DNA of 64,000 bases from Octopus vulgaris (Eukaryota), in contig OX597816.1 in the NCBI GenBank assembly GCA_951406725.2, positions 29,636,001 through 29,700,000 of the forward strand, read 5' to 3'. Below are positions 25,593 to 40,279 of this stretch, one piece after another. The first letter of the stretch is position 1. Each line of letters begins with the position of its first letter. Below the pieces are notes generated by a model. The model was not told where the DNA came from. It was given only the letters and a program-made list of their open reading frames with translations, and did not search any database. Both the position numbers and the translations under genes were made by a program.

Positions 25593-26099
25593 CAGTATTG
25601 TTCAGTGTTTATTTTATATTTGATTTGATTATATCTATGTTTTTTTGTTACAAATTCATCATAATTAAATCGACACTAATTGATTTAAGTTAACGAGTAA
25701 ATTACCTTAGGAATTTTGAGTTATTTCAATAGATGCTGATATTTATTACTTAAATGTATAGCGTTTAAATAGATTTTCTTCTGTTTATTTTCAGAGAATT
25801 TTGGCGTGTACGTTAGAAAAGCAAGCTGGCTTCAGAAAATATCGATTCTGCGTGCTGGTTTCGATTCTTACTAGAAGGAGATTTACTCTAACTCTTCATT
25901 AAATCTCTTAAGGCCCGGGTTTTCTTTTTATTAAGAATTTTATTTTTTATATAGGATAACAATTAAAGAAGTTCATTCAGTTAAAATCGTCGTTACAAGA
26001 TGAGTAACCTAACATCTTAGGTTTCTTGCTCTTTGTATGATAGCGTATCATGAAGTTATTAGTTTACAGCCAAAGCGACAACGTTTACTTTCGAATTAA

Positions 26100-26453
26100 G
26101 TACATTATTTACATTTGACGGATATTTGTCCTCATCGTCTTTGTTGTTAGCACAACGTTTCGGCTGATATACCGTCCACCTTTCATCTGGTGTCTTGCGG
26201 AAATTTCGAACCTGGGTTCTCATTCCTAAGGTCGGTTATACAAAGGCGAAACATGCCGCTCCCTCAAAATAAGGATAGAGGAAAATCGCGAAGCTGTGAC
26301 ACGAGGAGATTTTGATAAATCGGGTATAGCTGATCATATATGGAAAAATGGAGACCACCTCGCCCTGTGGGATGAAGCGTGGTGGTTAAGAGCGCGGGCT
26401 ACTAACCGCAAAATTCCAAGTTCGATTCCAGGCAGTGACCTGAACAATAATAC

Positions 26454-26495
<42 letters not shown>

Positions 26496-26650
26496 CAACA
26501 ACAACAATAATAATAAATACTTTAGGTATGACAACCCAGGTTCGAAATTTCCTCAAGACACCTGATGAAGTCTGGAGGGCACATCATCCGAAATTTGTGC
26601 TAACAACAAACAAGATGAGGACAAATATCCGTCAAATGTAAATAATGAAC
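26100..26650 (+). mobile_element. Truncated Penelope-like element: inverted pLTR, GIY-YIG fragment, tRNA-like segment, (AAT)n, HHR-bearing pLTR
   Basis: Arms 26100-26232 and 26517-26650 are reverse complements. 26233-26376 reads RLYKGETCRSLKIRIEENREAVTRGDFDKSGIADHIWKNGDHL. HHR core CTGATGA at 26562. Confidence 0.85.
26377..26440 (+). other. tRNA-derived segment (Pol III A/B boxes) inside the Penelope pLTR
   Basis: tggtggttaagagcg (A box), anticodon-like arm gcgg-g-ctactaa-ccgc, gttcgattcc (B box). No acceptor stem. Confidence 0.7.
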
Positions 26651-26667
26651 GCTTACATTATTTCCCT

Positions 26668-26802
26668 TTCTTCAAAGCCCTGAACATTAGCTGCAATAAT
26701 CTTTAACGCGATTCTTCAAAGCCCTGAACATTAGCTTCAATTATCTTTAACGCAATTCTTCAAAGCCCTGAACATTAGGTTCAGTAATCTTTAACGTAAT
26801 TC
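26668..26802. repeat. 44-bp tandem repeat, 3 copies
   Basis: Unit ttcttcaaagccctgaacattagc...atctttaacg starts at 26668, 26712 and 26756. Confidence 0.9.
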
Positions 26803-29800
26803 AATATAGAAGACGCTTCAAAGTTGCTGATACATAAGATTATTAGATTCCCCAGTTTAGGATTTTTGACTGTATAGCGAGTAAAGATTTTGTCTTAATT
26901 GATATACACACTTTTCTTATGGACTAGAAACTGAATAATATTTTGTTCTTTTTGCATCTTTCAGCGACAGTCAATCATCGTTTGCAGGGCCTCGAAGACT
27001 AGTGAGAGAGACAAGGGCATACTCAAACCGTAGGCCTGGATAGAATGCTTGCCAAAAGATGAACTTTTCTGAAGGTAGCCGCAATGACAGCTCAAGTCTA
27101 CAAGCCATGCCATGGAAAGATTTGAATTCAGAATCTAAGGAACTGGTGCAATACTACGAAGCACTCGGTTTGATGTTCTCATAGTTCTACCAATCCATGG
27201 CCATGAGGTGGTACTTTTTATTGACTCCAAAAGTCAGATATAATATGAACGATATCTTACCTCAGTGCAGAAGGAAGGAACAAACACTCCGTGGCATTCT
27301 ATCCGACATTCTCACGTCTCTTTCCGATTCGTCATCATACGTAATTCAAGATGACGTTCTTTTTCTAATCCACTCACTTGCGTTAAGTTTGAATATACCT
27401 CACTCACTTCCATTGTTACTATGACTACTGGGGTTAATTTTATTTTACTTTGATGCCTTAGATATGTCTCAATTTTCTAGTTAACCCAAGATTATTTCAA
27501 TCTGCTCTCTTTTTTGTTTCGACATTCTTGCAAAATATGTGATTTTATATATTATTCATTTCTTCAGTTTGAAGGAAGGAATCTCACTGCATCTACTAAA
27601 GTACGTTTTGTTCTTTTTTCAATAACAGATTCTATATGTTATTCATTCATTTTCAATATAATACCCCACAAAGATCTAACTACAACTTCTTTTCTTATTC
27701 ATTCATTTTCCTACTTTCTCTTCTTTATCTACAGGTTTGCTACTGGTTCATGTCATCAACAATACAGTACACTCAAAATTTACTGACTTCTAAGACATTC
27801 TGTTTAATGAAATTTTGTTCCTGTTACTGTTCCCCATTGTAGTGAAACCCTCCAACAAAAAAAGTAACTTGACTTTTCGTCTCTAGCTACAACTTCCCAC
27901 TGAAATACATATCTCTCTTCCCTGCTTTTCATATATTATTTTCAAAATATATTCTTGTTCGGCTTCTACGAACCGGAAGAAAGCAGAAGAGGAGTGGAAA
28001 AGGTGGAGGATCTAGACTTGTTACTTATACAGATACTTACATACTGTCAACGTATTTCAATTTGGGCATTTGAATGTCGATTTTTGTAAACAAACGGATA
28101 CGAGACTGAGTTCTAGAGCTTTAAAGTTCCAATGAAAAATGTCTAGACGAATAAATCAATGCTGGAAAGATTGAAGAATGATAAGAGAAAAGCAGGCGGA
28201 TCTATTGGTCTTGGAAGGAATGTATTTCTGAGTATCAAAGAAGAGTAGAGTGTGGTGAAGAAGTAGCAAATGATGGGATATATGAGCTAATGTTTGAAGC
28301 CCGTTGCTGAGTAAATATTTGTCTGTTATTTCAATGATATTGCTTTGTATGGGAGTCAGAATGTTAACTGGAGTTTGCATGTGTCTAAGAGTAGTACTGC
28401 ATCGTCAACTAGTATGAATGCTTTTTTTTCTCTTTTATCGTATATGGTGCAAAATATATTTAGGTATTGTAATTTCAGAGATGAGGATCTTGCGAGTGTG
28501 CCTGGAATGTATGCAATGTTCTCTTCGTAGACTGAAAAAAATATGGAACATTATATCAAATTGGTGTGTGATGTGATTAGTTGTTTCTAGTGTTACATTA
28601 GTGGGAGAAGGAAGTTTTTATTCAGTGATAATTGTGTTAGGTATTATTTAGGTTCACACATGAACCTAACAAAGGCTCGAAGAGTGGTGTGAGGAAGAAA
28701 TGAGCAAAGGAAAGGAAAGCAAAAAGGAGGTTATCCTAACACGTAGGACCTGGATTATGTGGGAGTAAAGAGCCAGATTTTGGTGTTAAACTGGCCAAAG
28801 AATACGCTCTTAAAGATCACCATTGACCTCGAAAACGAGCAGGCTCTATGATGAGCTCTTACATGGCTTCCATCAAGTAAACCCAACACACTTTTTCTGG
28901 GATTTATCTCACTATAGAAGACACTTACTCAAGTTACAGCGCATTTTGATTTGAACTTGAAAGCAGGTAAGTACGAAACGAACTTGCTAACAACATGATT
29001 GTTCGAGGCACATTCGTGAACTGAAGGCGTGTTGAGTAAGCTGTCAGCTGTGTTGGAGCTTATTTTTTAAATTAAAATACAACTTTTACTTCGACATATT
29101 TCAAACTTAGGAATATCTCTTCTAGTTCAAAGCTTCCTGAGATAAACGTTGTTTCTAGTCCAATATACGTACCACCAGATGTTGTGAAGCGAGAAAATCA
29201 ATAACCATTATAGAATAGAGTCGGACCAGGTTCTAAATGGTATTTACATTTAAATCTTGCTGAGTTTCTTTCTATTTTTCATTCCTTCCGGGTCGATTAT
29301 AAAAAATACTAGTCAAGGACAGGGGTCGATAGTATCTATTAATTCCTTCCCCAAATTCCAAACTTTGTGTCTTTAACATTTTCCTCTTCATCCAAAGCCT
29401 CAGCAAACATTTAAAATATCATATGCAAAGGAATGTGAAGGTTGAGAGAGACGTGCTGGTCCCTGAGAATATTTGTTGAAGAGTGGGTGATTGATTATGG
29501 TGAAGATAGAATACTCTTAGCTGGAACCAGTAGGATGAAGAGTACGGGAGATAGGGGAAGATTTGCCATGGTACTCCGAAGAGAAAGGTGTCTGAGATTA
29601 GTGGTACTTTTTGCCCCTGAGTAGTGTCTCCTTATTTTGTTTCTTTGTATGTGCGTGCATGTGTTTGTGTGTGTATGTGTGTGTGTGTCTGTGTGTGTGT
29701 GTGTGTTTATATAGAGGGGAGAGAATGAGAGTGGTTCCGGCTAGAGAGAAAGGCACGTAAGAAATTATCTTTACAGACACATTTTACGTGTATTTCGACT

Positions 29801-31629
29801 AGAGTGTCTTTTCTCTGTGTAGACGCGTCTTCATATTCCCGCTACTCCTTCAATGATTATTTACTAAATAGTAAATAATCTCAAATCTTGCATCGGAAAT
29901 GTCTTTCATACTACTTGGTCTCATGATATCTTACAACACTTCTCTCATATATATTACGGGCACCTCAGTCCTGCAGAGCTCTTTCTAGGTCCCTTACACC
30001 ACGCACATCGAGACAAAGGTCGAATTGTTTACTCCTTTTAACCTTCTACACTGTTTTCTTATCATCTCTTCCTCCAATCCAGAATAGATATCCCAAACCA
30101 CGGCTAATGGCGTCGAATTGACTAAGCCGTTATAGCATTGGGCAAAATACATTACCTTTCATCCGTCTAAATTTGTTAAATTATTTGTTAAGAGTGATGG
30201 ACTGTATGAATTTTTATAGATTTATCCAGTGTGCCTTTAACGGAGTCGATTCTTTAGACGCATTCGAGTCGGGTCACCGCTTCGATGATTCTTTCCACCC
30301 TTCCTTCCGCCATTTTCCAAGGATCAGTGAAGGATCACAGGTGCTGTCCTCCATAACTAAATGATTAAAATATGAAGAAGTTTCTACATGGTTGATGGAT
30401 CTACTAGAAATGACAGCCAAATTGATTTTAAATCACTCCTAGATGTCTTAGAAGCGCCATAGAAAATATAGTTTAACTGCTACTGCCTCTTGAGAAAGGA
30501 TAGGATAGTCACAGGGTACTGGATCAGCAAATTACAGCAACCGTTGCCAGTTCGTTGCTGCATTTGCACTCATTATACCGTTTTAAAATTGCGAAGCAGA
30601 GGCAATATTTTGGGCTAAACAACAACAGCATCAATTAATAGCAACAATAGTAATTAAAAATTATAAATATTAATTTATATCTTAATCACGCGAACACCAA
30701 TTTTGAAAGAAAGGATATGCACGTCGTTTCCCGGATATTGCTGATACAAAATTTATGGTGCAGAAAGCGATAAAAGATGCGTGAAATTTGTTGCTAGTAA
30801 TCTCTTTGTACGTCACAACAGGTAAACATCGATCCTTTGCAACAGTGAGATCAAAGTATAGATCAATAATAATAAGATTTCAAAACAGATAACGCAAACA
30901 AACGATCAAGACGAACATTTTATTTATTCACCGATAATCAATATCTGAACAGTAGTTCTACTTCAAAAGTCAACGTTCTCGTATTTTACACTGTAATTAT
31001 TTTACATAAGTTGATTAGCAAAAAACGTAAATATCTCTGTTTCGCTAAGGAGATGTGATAAGACCGAAAAAGAAGATTAAAATTACATTAGATATAGAAC
31101 CAAAAGTATTTTGCTTCTTACTGTACAATAATAATTAATTATGTACATCTGTACATTAAGTATATGAACTGATTGTGTAACAAAGGGCTCGGATACAATG
31201 CTTTGCAGAACTGGTTATCAATCTCTGAGGTCGAAACCAGCCGAAGTTAACTTCGAATTTTAACCTACCTCCCGGGATCAATAAAATACCTTTAAAGTAT
31301 TGTGTCGATTCTTCTCTGTCTGTCTGTCTCTCTCTCTCACACTTACACGCTGACGCTTACTTATTTTCTAGAAATTATTTTCAGCGTACTGCGAGTATTG
31401 TACAAGAATTGTAAAAAGGTTTGACCAGGGCGCTATTAACCGCATTAATTGTTTAAAATATCATGGTCCTTACAAACAACACATTATGTACAAAATATAA
31501 AACATGCATATGGCACCTATTCATCTCTTTGGTTTTGGCCATTAGTTTCACTTCGGTGTTAAACCTCAAACATATATGAATAGCATAATGCATCTTTACA
31601 TTAAGCAACCAGAATCTACATGAGAAACA

Positions 31630-31648
31630 GGGAGAGAGAAAGAAAGAA

Positions 31649-31682
<34 letters not shown>

Positions 31683-31725
31683 AAAAATGAAAGAAGGGAG
31701 GGAGGAATAAAGAAAGAAAGAAAAA

Positions 31726-31757
<32 letters not shown>

Positions 31758-31768
31758 AAAGAAAAGAA
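31630..31768. repeat. (GAAA)n microsatellite
   Basis: Seen directly. Confidence 0.95.
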
Positions 31769-32122
31769 TGTGCTGAGCATGTGTGTATGTCAAGAAGGAG
31801 AGAGAATGATACAGATAAACATCTTAGACTGATTACAAAAGATTTTCACTCATTTCTTATTTTCAAAATTAAGTAATAAGGCAGCTGCTCGGTTTCTAAA
31901 GTTAAAATCCTGATGAGGGGATATCTAGTTAATCCCATATATAATTATGTTACTAACCCCAGGAATTGAAGGATGAAGAGTAGAGTTGGTTTCGGCAGGG
32001 TTCTCAATCGAATACTAAAGAGTGTATTTTATTAAAAATTCCACCGATTTTGCTAAGTGACTAACCTCTGGATAGAAATAGTTGCAAAAGTAGAGCTGGC
32101 ATGAGTAAGACGTGATGAAGTC

Positions 32123-32180
<58 letters not shown>

Positions 32181-33299
32181 GTCAAGTAGTGTACATTGCT
32201 AAGGAAAATTAGTCAAGAAAAATGTCATTGAGGGATCGCTACTTGGTCGACATGCCTACCCTCTACAGGAATCAATTGCTATCAAATAACTCTACATCAT
32301 CTTTTAAAAGGAAGGTACTTATGTAAGAACTACGGCCGTACAGATGAAATCATTTGGTTCATAGAACTGCTCTAACAAAGTTGACCTGCGAGCTTCGGTT
32401 TCCATAAAAGGTTAGCCATAATGTAAGGGATGTTAAGTATTCAAGTCCATTGGTCAGTGGTAAGTTTAACAGATTCTATGGTATTGCATCTCCCTAAATT
32501 ATGGGATTGTCTGTGATAATTAGTAAACTTTATTGCTTTAAGATGATTAATAGTTCTCACTACGAAATAAAGTAAAACCATTTATTAGCCTATTTGCTCT
32601 GACTGTAGTTAATTAATGGCCTAAGCTGGAAGGCAATTAAAGCAAGCTATTTCTAAGAATGTATCATTAGTGAAAGCAATAACAAAAAGTTCGGTCATGC
32701 AATAAAATTAATAATGATTTGCTCTATGAGCAAAGACACGCATTTGTTTCAATGTGAAGCGTGGTCAGCTGAATCGATCCGAGGATACGAATGATATTTA
32801 TGTTATCAATATTATAAAGATAGACAGTAACGCGGACTTCCGCAAGATTTAAAGACTGTATTTTTCTGGCTGCTATCAAACTCAGTTAAGAAAGTATAAA
32901 ATATATTTTATGAACTATAACCATTAATGCATCGTCTCTGTCACTCCTTGACTGTATCTTGTCGATAAAGATGTATATCTTTAGGACAAAGTATTATATT
33001 CTTGTGAATGGCTGCAGTGGATTTTCTTGAGTATATATTTTTTTACTCATATATTTTAGTTTCAATACTACCGTTTTGCTGGAGCATTACTTTCTGGAGA
33101 CTATGGGTTAAACCATTGACGGATTGGCGACTTGCCCAGGAGGAGCGAGTGGTATGTTCTCAACCCACACAATCCCCAGCTCCATGAGTTTGGCAGAATT
33201 ATTCCATTGGTTGCTTTAGTGTTTATATACTCTGAGAGCACTGGAGAAAAGAGCGGAATAGGAATCGTTGACTTAGCGATAAAAGGGTACGGAATTAGT

Positions 33300-35030
33300 T
33301 TAGAAGTACAGATGATATTGTAGTAACGGTATACATTCTCTACTTGCCTTTATACCATGGCTTTCATAAGGTCTCTTATACAGGTGAAATCGGTTATGTA
33401 CGTCTTGAAATTTGTGAGTCAACACCTGCTAAAAAGACATGAGCATGGTGGAAATTCTAGATAATCGACGTTCTGAACAGATGGAGCAGAATTTAGTGAT
33501 TAATGAGGGGACACTGGAGGTTGGACATAGCTATGTTTGAGGAGAGTGGAGTCGAGTTGAACTAAAATGTCTAAATCGAAATTAGATTCGAGAAAGTGGG
33601 ATCAGTAGATTAGTAATAAAACACGCAAATATAGGAGAAAGAGAGCTCTCCTGTGAGTCATAGGCTGGAGAGTGTCTGTGAGATTTCAGGCCAGTGGGAC
33701 AAATCACCTTTCGCGAGATGCGGTATTGGATGTCTGTGATGTAGTAGTAGCACTATCCCAAATGTGAAAGTAATATACCATTACGAGCCTTCTCGACTGT
33801 TTTAGAGTGAGTGTCGGCAATTGTTGGAGATTGAAGCATTTTCTATCACAAATAAGAATACTCAGTCGTTGGAATGCGGTCCTTGCTTTTTGCAAGTAAG
33901 GATATGCTTTTTGCAAAAGATATCTCCGGAGGGATTAACGTCCAACAGCTAGATCAGCTGTGTTGAGAACAGGTATGAAGAAAGTTTCTTGTTATGAGAC
34001 AAAGAATAGTAACATCGAGTCCAGGAGCTAGGGGTTGGAGTTTAAATATAATTGAGAATTTGTCAGTAGTTTTTGTGTGTAAAGCAGCAGCACCATCCTA
34101 GAAATATGAGGAGTATTCCAGTTAAAAACTAAAAGATTCTGAGGTACTTCGCAGCTCTGAAGAGGAATCATAATATTTGTGATACTGTTATATCGTCCTC
34201 AAACACCACATGTTGCGAAATGTGGTGTGTATTCTGCGGTCAGATGACTCGACAGGCAGGAACACTATTGTAGTCTGGTAAAGCTTAGTTTTCTCAATAC
34301 GAAACAGATCAGGTGTATTTGGAATGATTGTAGATTTGGTATGCGTTTAGCGCACTGAGACAAGATGAAGTGAGTTAAATATTGCACAAGATTCAATTTC
34401 TGCGCCGAAAGTATAGGTAGAGGATGAGAGACAGAGGTAAGATGAATTGTCAATTTTAAAAGCTCTGTGAACTATGATTGCGAAGATGGGGGTGGGGTGT
34501 AAAATATATGTCATCAATACTGTAGGGGAAGATATGTTCAAAATTATGCGAGGTGTTCAAAGATTTTGGTGACCGGTAGTAAGTATTTAGAGGGGTGAAC
34601 AAAAATAGTTTTGCTTCAGACAATCTTGAACATCATTGTAGATATCCAGGTGAAAGGTGTGGGATAAGGTGTGTAGAGTTTTCGTAAGTACAGACAACCT
34701 TAAGTGGGGGAGTTAGAATAGCGATCATGACCCCTGAACAACAAACATAAGATAGGTGTTGAGAGCGTGTGTAGAAGAGAAATATGTGTTTTACCTGTGA
34801 GAGATGATGAGTGGGATGTTGATGAAGACATTATTGGAGGAGATTGAGGTGGAAATGTCCATTTCGAGAAAAGAAGAGGGTGACAGTGCATTCAAAGGTC
34901 ATAGCAACGTCGTGATAGAATTCTTGGGTCAGGTGCCAACCATCCAAAAGGCACTCAAGAGACGGGTAGTAATTTCATATAAAACCAGTGTACTAGTGCA
35001 CTAGTTTGACGAGGATGTCTGTTAACCACT
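33300..35030 (-). pseudogene. Highly decayed non-LTR retrotransposon (RT region)
   Basis: Purine-skewed block; a minus-strand remnant near 34100-34160 resembles GVPQGSVLGPLLF. No open frame. Confidence 0.35.
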
Positions 35031-35263
35031 GTATCACTCTACTATAAAAGAATATTTAACATATCACAGCTTTGCCTTAGTTATTGATCCAATCTTTCAG
35101 CACTAAGCCTTGGGCATAGGCAGATATGTATTCATAGTGCTTCAAATATACCCCCGCAGTACCGGGTCAAAACTTATATCTCGATTTATAAATTATATAT
35201 GTTCACAGAGTTGCAAGCGAACGTGTATATCTCTCTCTCTCTCTCTTTCTCTCTCTCCCTCTC

Positions 35264-35302
<39 letters not shown>

Positions 35303-35414
35303 AATGGCCGATAACTAATGAAGAGTTGGTGACCTTGTGTTTTCTGTTCGCCTGTAAATTTAGTATATTTTCTTTTATTTATTTACTACACGTCTTTACA
35401 CATACACACACGCA

Positions 35415-35509
<95 letters not shown>

Positions 35510-36182
35510 TTATGTCATATTTTCCGGTTATTGACTTCTTTTTGTTATACATGTAACGCACTCAAGAATGTTTTACCCATTTGTAGAACTATTTTTGGAA
35601 TATTTTTGTGCCACTCTGTCTCTTTCCCTTATTTTGCTTCTCTTAATGTCCTTTCTTTCTTTTTTGTCTTTCTCTGCTACCCTCCTCACACTATCACGTG
35701 ACCGGCAAACGATCTAAGGTTGTGTCATTCTTTTTCGCGTTGCCTTTAACCGCACTGGTCGCGATTTTGTGAGCTCCTGGCTCTACTCCTCATGTATCTA
35801 TAGTCGTTTAGGACAGTTTTCATTTCTCCTTCGCGTCACCCAATTTTGTCTCGTCTTGCAGCCCCAAGGCATTTTTTATTCTATATATATTATCATGATT
35901 ATTAACTGTTGTCTTCCTGTGGCCCTAAGCCTTTATTCTGTTTATTATTTTGTCCCTCATCCATCCACTAACGAACCCGTCTCGATTTCTTATGTTTTGG
36001 TCCCATTCCCAACATGTTCCTTGGCGGTGCCTCCAGAGTGGAAGCAATATTATCGATAATGGCCGAAATTACATTTGACCTCTGTTAACTCTTTTAAGTA
36101 TGTTTGCAAATATATAAACAAAGGTTTAGATGTTGCAACACACTCTCTTATGCAGAGTGGCAGTCAGCAGAAGTGACAAAGT

Positions 36183-36518
<336 letters not shown>

Positions 36519-36545
36519 AATAGAGTATTAGGTGTGGTGTACAGT

Positions 36546-36862
36546 AATTGAATATTGAGAAAAAATACTGTCAGAATTTTGGGAATAAGTCTTTATTTCT
36601 TTATTATTAATATTAGCGCTTTCGATCGTTTCCCGAACTTGTCGAATAGTAGTTTTTGAAGGTACAAACAACTTGCTCATTTATATAAAACAGGTGCTTT
36701 TTGACCCCCAAAAAACATCTGTTTTATAGAAATGAACAGGCTATTTGTACATTCACAAAATCCTATTTGACAAGTTCGGGAAACGAACGAAAGCGCTAAT
36801 ATTAATAATGGAGTAATAAGATTTTATTCCAAAATTCTGAGGACCTGTTTTCTCAATATTAT
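36546..36862. mobile_element. Fold-back element with HHR-like motifs (U3-A8 variant)
   Basis: Arms 36546-36703 and 36709-36862 around loop acccc. Motif tat-TTGACAA-GTTCG-ggaaa-CGAAC-GAAA-GCGC-TA-ata at 36764-36801. Confidence 0.8.
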
Positions 36863-37034
36863 TTATATATATATATATATACGATGAGTTTCCTTCAGTT
36901 TCTGCCTACCAAATCCGCTCATAATACTTTGGTTAACTTATATATGAACAATATGAACATGTATATAAGTATACAAATGAACAGGTTATTCATATAAATA
37001 CTTATATGAATTTGTGTATATAAACATATATATG

Positions 37035-39722
37035 AGAGCTTACGTTGACAAAATTCAGGACCGACGTCTTCATTACCCTATGTAAACAATCCCGCTACAA
37101 AGCCAAATACGAAGCTATCGATGGTCAAATTGGAGACGATATTTAAAAACTAACGATTAGCAATAATAGCAGAAACAATGCGAGAACTATGGGTCAGAGA
37201 TATTTCTAAAGACGAAAGCAGATCAAGAAAGTTATAGCAGCAGAAAGAATTATTTCTCCAAAATGTGCTACAAGTTATGGTAAAGGCTCTAGAACTCTGA
37301 GAAATAGCATTAAAAGTGGACAGTCTCACCAACGTAACATGTAGTAGAACACGTGGCAACATGAACACTCGTTTCACTATGAATTGAAGATGAACTACGG
37401 TAAGAACCCTACCCTAATTTTTACGCAAACAAGCTAATGCACACAATATGAACAAAAAGCACAAACAAGATAGATATTCCTTTGATCAGGCCATTAAGAG
37501 TAAAAATTACAGGCGATAATTTTCAAGACTTCAAAAGAGATTGCCTACAAGAAACTAGGCAAAAAAAATTGATCTAGATCTGGAAGTAAACCTAGATGAT
37601 CCACCCACCTACCCAAGGTTGTACATAATACCAGAAACAGGACAGAAAACGTAACGAAACCATGTAAAATACCACAAGGCACAATGCAAAGTCTATGAAG
37701 CAAACATCAATAGGAAGATAAATCATAAAGAGAGAAAAATCCATTTTTCAACGTCAGGACAACAAAGACCAGAGAAAGAAAATAATCTAAGAGGAAACAC
37801 TCAAAACAACTGAACATATAGATCCTAAAATGATTATTTTCTCTAAGAGATCTCGACAGTGATGAAATCCAACTTCTGTCAATAGTGCCGAAATCCACAC
37901 TTACACCAATAGTTAATCACCAAAAATTCTGTTGTAAGTTACGACTTGCAGAATTCTACACTAATAAAAGTAATGAGATTGATGAATCCCTAGTAACGAA
38001 TAAATCAAATTTCGCCCCATCAAAAGGTAGAATTAACTATCTTGGTCAATACATTGATATCCTTTCTAAATTTCCCCCTAGACGCAATACTAATGTTAGG
38101 CCAAACAATAACAAATCGTAGATGTCTGCTCTTAAACTTATACAAAATGATCAAGCATTAATAATTAAACAAGCAGCTAAAGGGAGCGCAATTGTTATTG
38201 TGGATAAGGATTTCGCTGTGGACAAATGAAAGACACAACGTTCTATTGTGAAATACCTTCCAATATAGGCCACCACATCATGAAGATCAGCAACCTGGTT
38301 TCAAAACACTACAACTCTCCGATAATGAAAGAAACTACGTCACCAATCTCGTGCCAAAACACAGCATCTGCTATTGCTTACCGAAAATAGATACGTCTGT
38401 TCAACATGATGTAAAAAAACAAGAAAATGAGTACATAAAATTACTATAGTCAAAAGACTTAAAACTTAGACTAATTATAGTTGATCCAGCATGCCTTATC
38501 CACCATCTAAGCTATTTTATTGACATTGCTTTGAAACCACTATGTACCTACATATCCAGTTTCATCCGCGATGACATCGACCTCCTGTCCCATCTTCCCC
38601 AAACAGCAAAAACGAATTCACTTTTACTTTGTTTTGGGGTGATAAGCCTTTACACCAATATTCTATATGATTTAGGAATAAAGGCAATTAAATATTGGGT
38701 ATAAAAACAGAGAGCTGATTCCCAACAGATTCAAAGTGCCATTTATATAAGACACAGTCAGTCTTCTTCAATGGAAAGAATTACATCCAAATTAAAGGCA
38801 CTGCGATGGAAACGAGGTTCGCTCCTGTTTACTTGAATCCATAGTAATGGGATATATAGAACAATAACTCTACCAAGAAGCAGAGGAAAGCTATAGCACT
38901 GAATTTGGAAAGTATATTGAAAAGGCATGGAAGAGATACCTTGGCGACTGTTTCATAATCTAGACAGAATCTCTAAATACTCTGGAAGAGTACAATATCC
39001 TCCTGAACAACCTACATCCATCTCTCGAATTTACGAAGGAGATGAGTAGTACCAAATTAACATTCCTATATATAATGGTAATTAAAAAGGTCACCACCAT
39101 TACCACAGATATATATACAATAAACACACGGTTACACATCAATACATGAATTTTAAGTCGTGCCATCCAGCACATACAAAAAGAAACGTCCCATACTGCC
39201 TACCCAGAAGAACTCGTACCATTGGAGAAGATGTGAATATCAGGAACAAACGCCTAACAGAACTAAGGGAATTTGTGCTCAGACAAAATTACCCGTCTCT
39301 ACTTATAGAGAATGGCATACAGCGGGCTATAAATTACCCATACAACAACTGAGCGTGACTCAAAGAAGAGGACAAGAACAAGTCATACCATTTATAGTGG
39401 TACACAATCCATGTCACCAGAATATCTTCAGCATTGTCAACTCAAATCTACCAATCATTGCTCAGAGTAATGAATTAAAAAATATAATCTCGGATCCAGC
39501 TATGGTTCTTAGTAAAAGACAGTCTAAAAATTTGGAAATTTTATTAACCAAGGCAAAGTTTGATATTAGCAACAAAGACCAATCATTCACTCTAATTGAA
39601 ATGATAGCCGATGTGGCACATGCAAATTCATACATACCGGCCAATATATGAACCCCAAAACGGAGAAAATATTTACAAACGCAAATATGAACTGCAAAAG
39701 CAGAAATTTAATTTACTGCACT
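37035..39722 (+). mobile_element. Penelope-like retroelement: decayed RT, linker and start of GIY-YIG
   Basis: Collinear frameshifted motifs IIKQAAKGSAIVI, YCLPKID, FIRDDIDLL, SLYTNI, QIKGTAM, WKRYLGDCF, HQYMNFKSCHPAHTKRNVPY, RQSKNL, RCGTC, NCKSRNLIYC. Confidence 0.9.
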
Positions 39723-40100
39723 AAATTCCTTATTTAGCAATTTGCTCGTTAGCTTTTTTAGTCTTCTTTCGTCGAACTTGACTTCCTTGACCTGCACAAC
39801 ATCGCTGTTTACGCCCCTTCCTGCTGCTGTTGCACAGCTAACGGCTTATTGAGTGTCCATAACTTCGTTGGTTAACATAAAAATGTTCAGAAATTTTCTT
39901 CGCAAATTCACAATTCAATAAATAATTTGCAGAAATTTTCTACCCCGTAGGTCGAATATTGCAATTTTCCACAGGACAACAGTTCAAATTTCAATAAAAT
40001 TCTAAACAATTATAACAAAATTCACAATAACCGAACGGCAAAGGAACTCACATACCGCGGGTAATAACTGAAAACAACACCGTATCGTAGACGAAAAAAG
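39723..40100 (-). mobile_element. 5' UTR and ORF1 start of a second Tx1-like LINE
   Basis: 39900-40000 is similar to 43915-44010 (aattttctaccccgtaggtcgaa / aattttctgcctcgcaaggcgaa; shared gacaacagttcaaa). Confidence 0.55.
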
Positions 40101-40279
40101 GTGTCGCCTTGATAGCTAAATTTTTTATTACGATTATACAATCTTACATAGAGTGAGGCTTTACAAGATAAAGCAATTACATGAAAATGTTACTATGAGT
40201 TGGAATGACCATTTAAAAAATTTTGATGTTAATTTATATAATTTAATTTGACTTTTTACACATGTCTGTGACACTGACA

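Noticed and set aside
26668-26802. Possible CRISPR-like array
   Set aside because: The 44-bp units are contiguous with no unique spacers, the context is eukaryotic, and there are no cas genes.
31909-31940. CTGATGA followed by a GGG/CCC stem (similar case near 17450)
   Set aside because: No GAAA or NUH/stem I follows, so it is not a hammerhead.
35296-36066. Direct repeat tatcgataatggccga at 35296 and 36051, possibly pLTR remnants
   Set aside because: Only 16 bp of clear identity and no recoverable core; too decayed to call.
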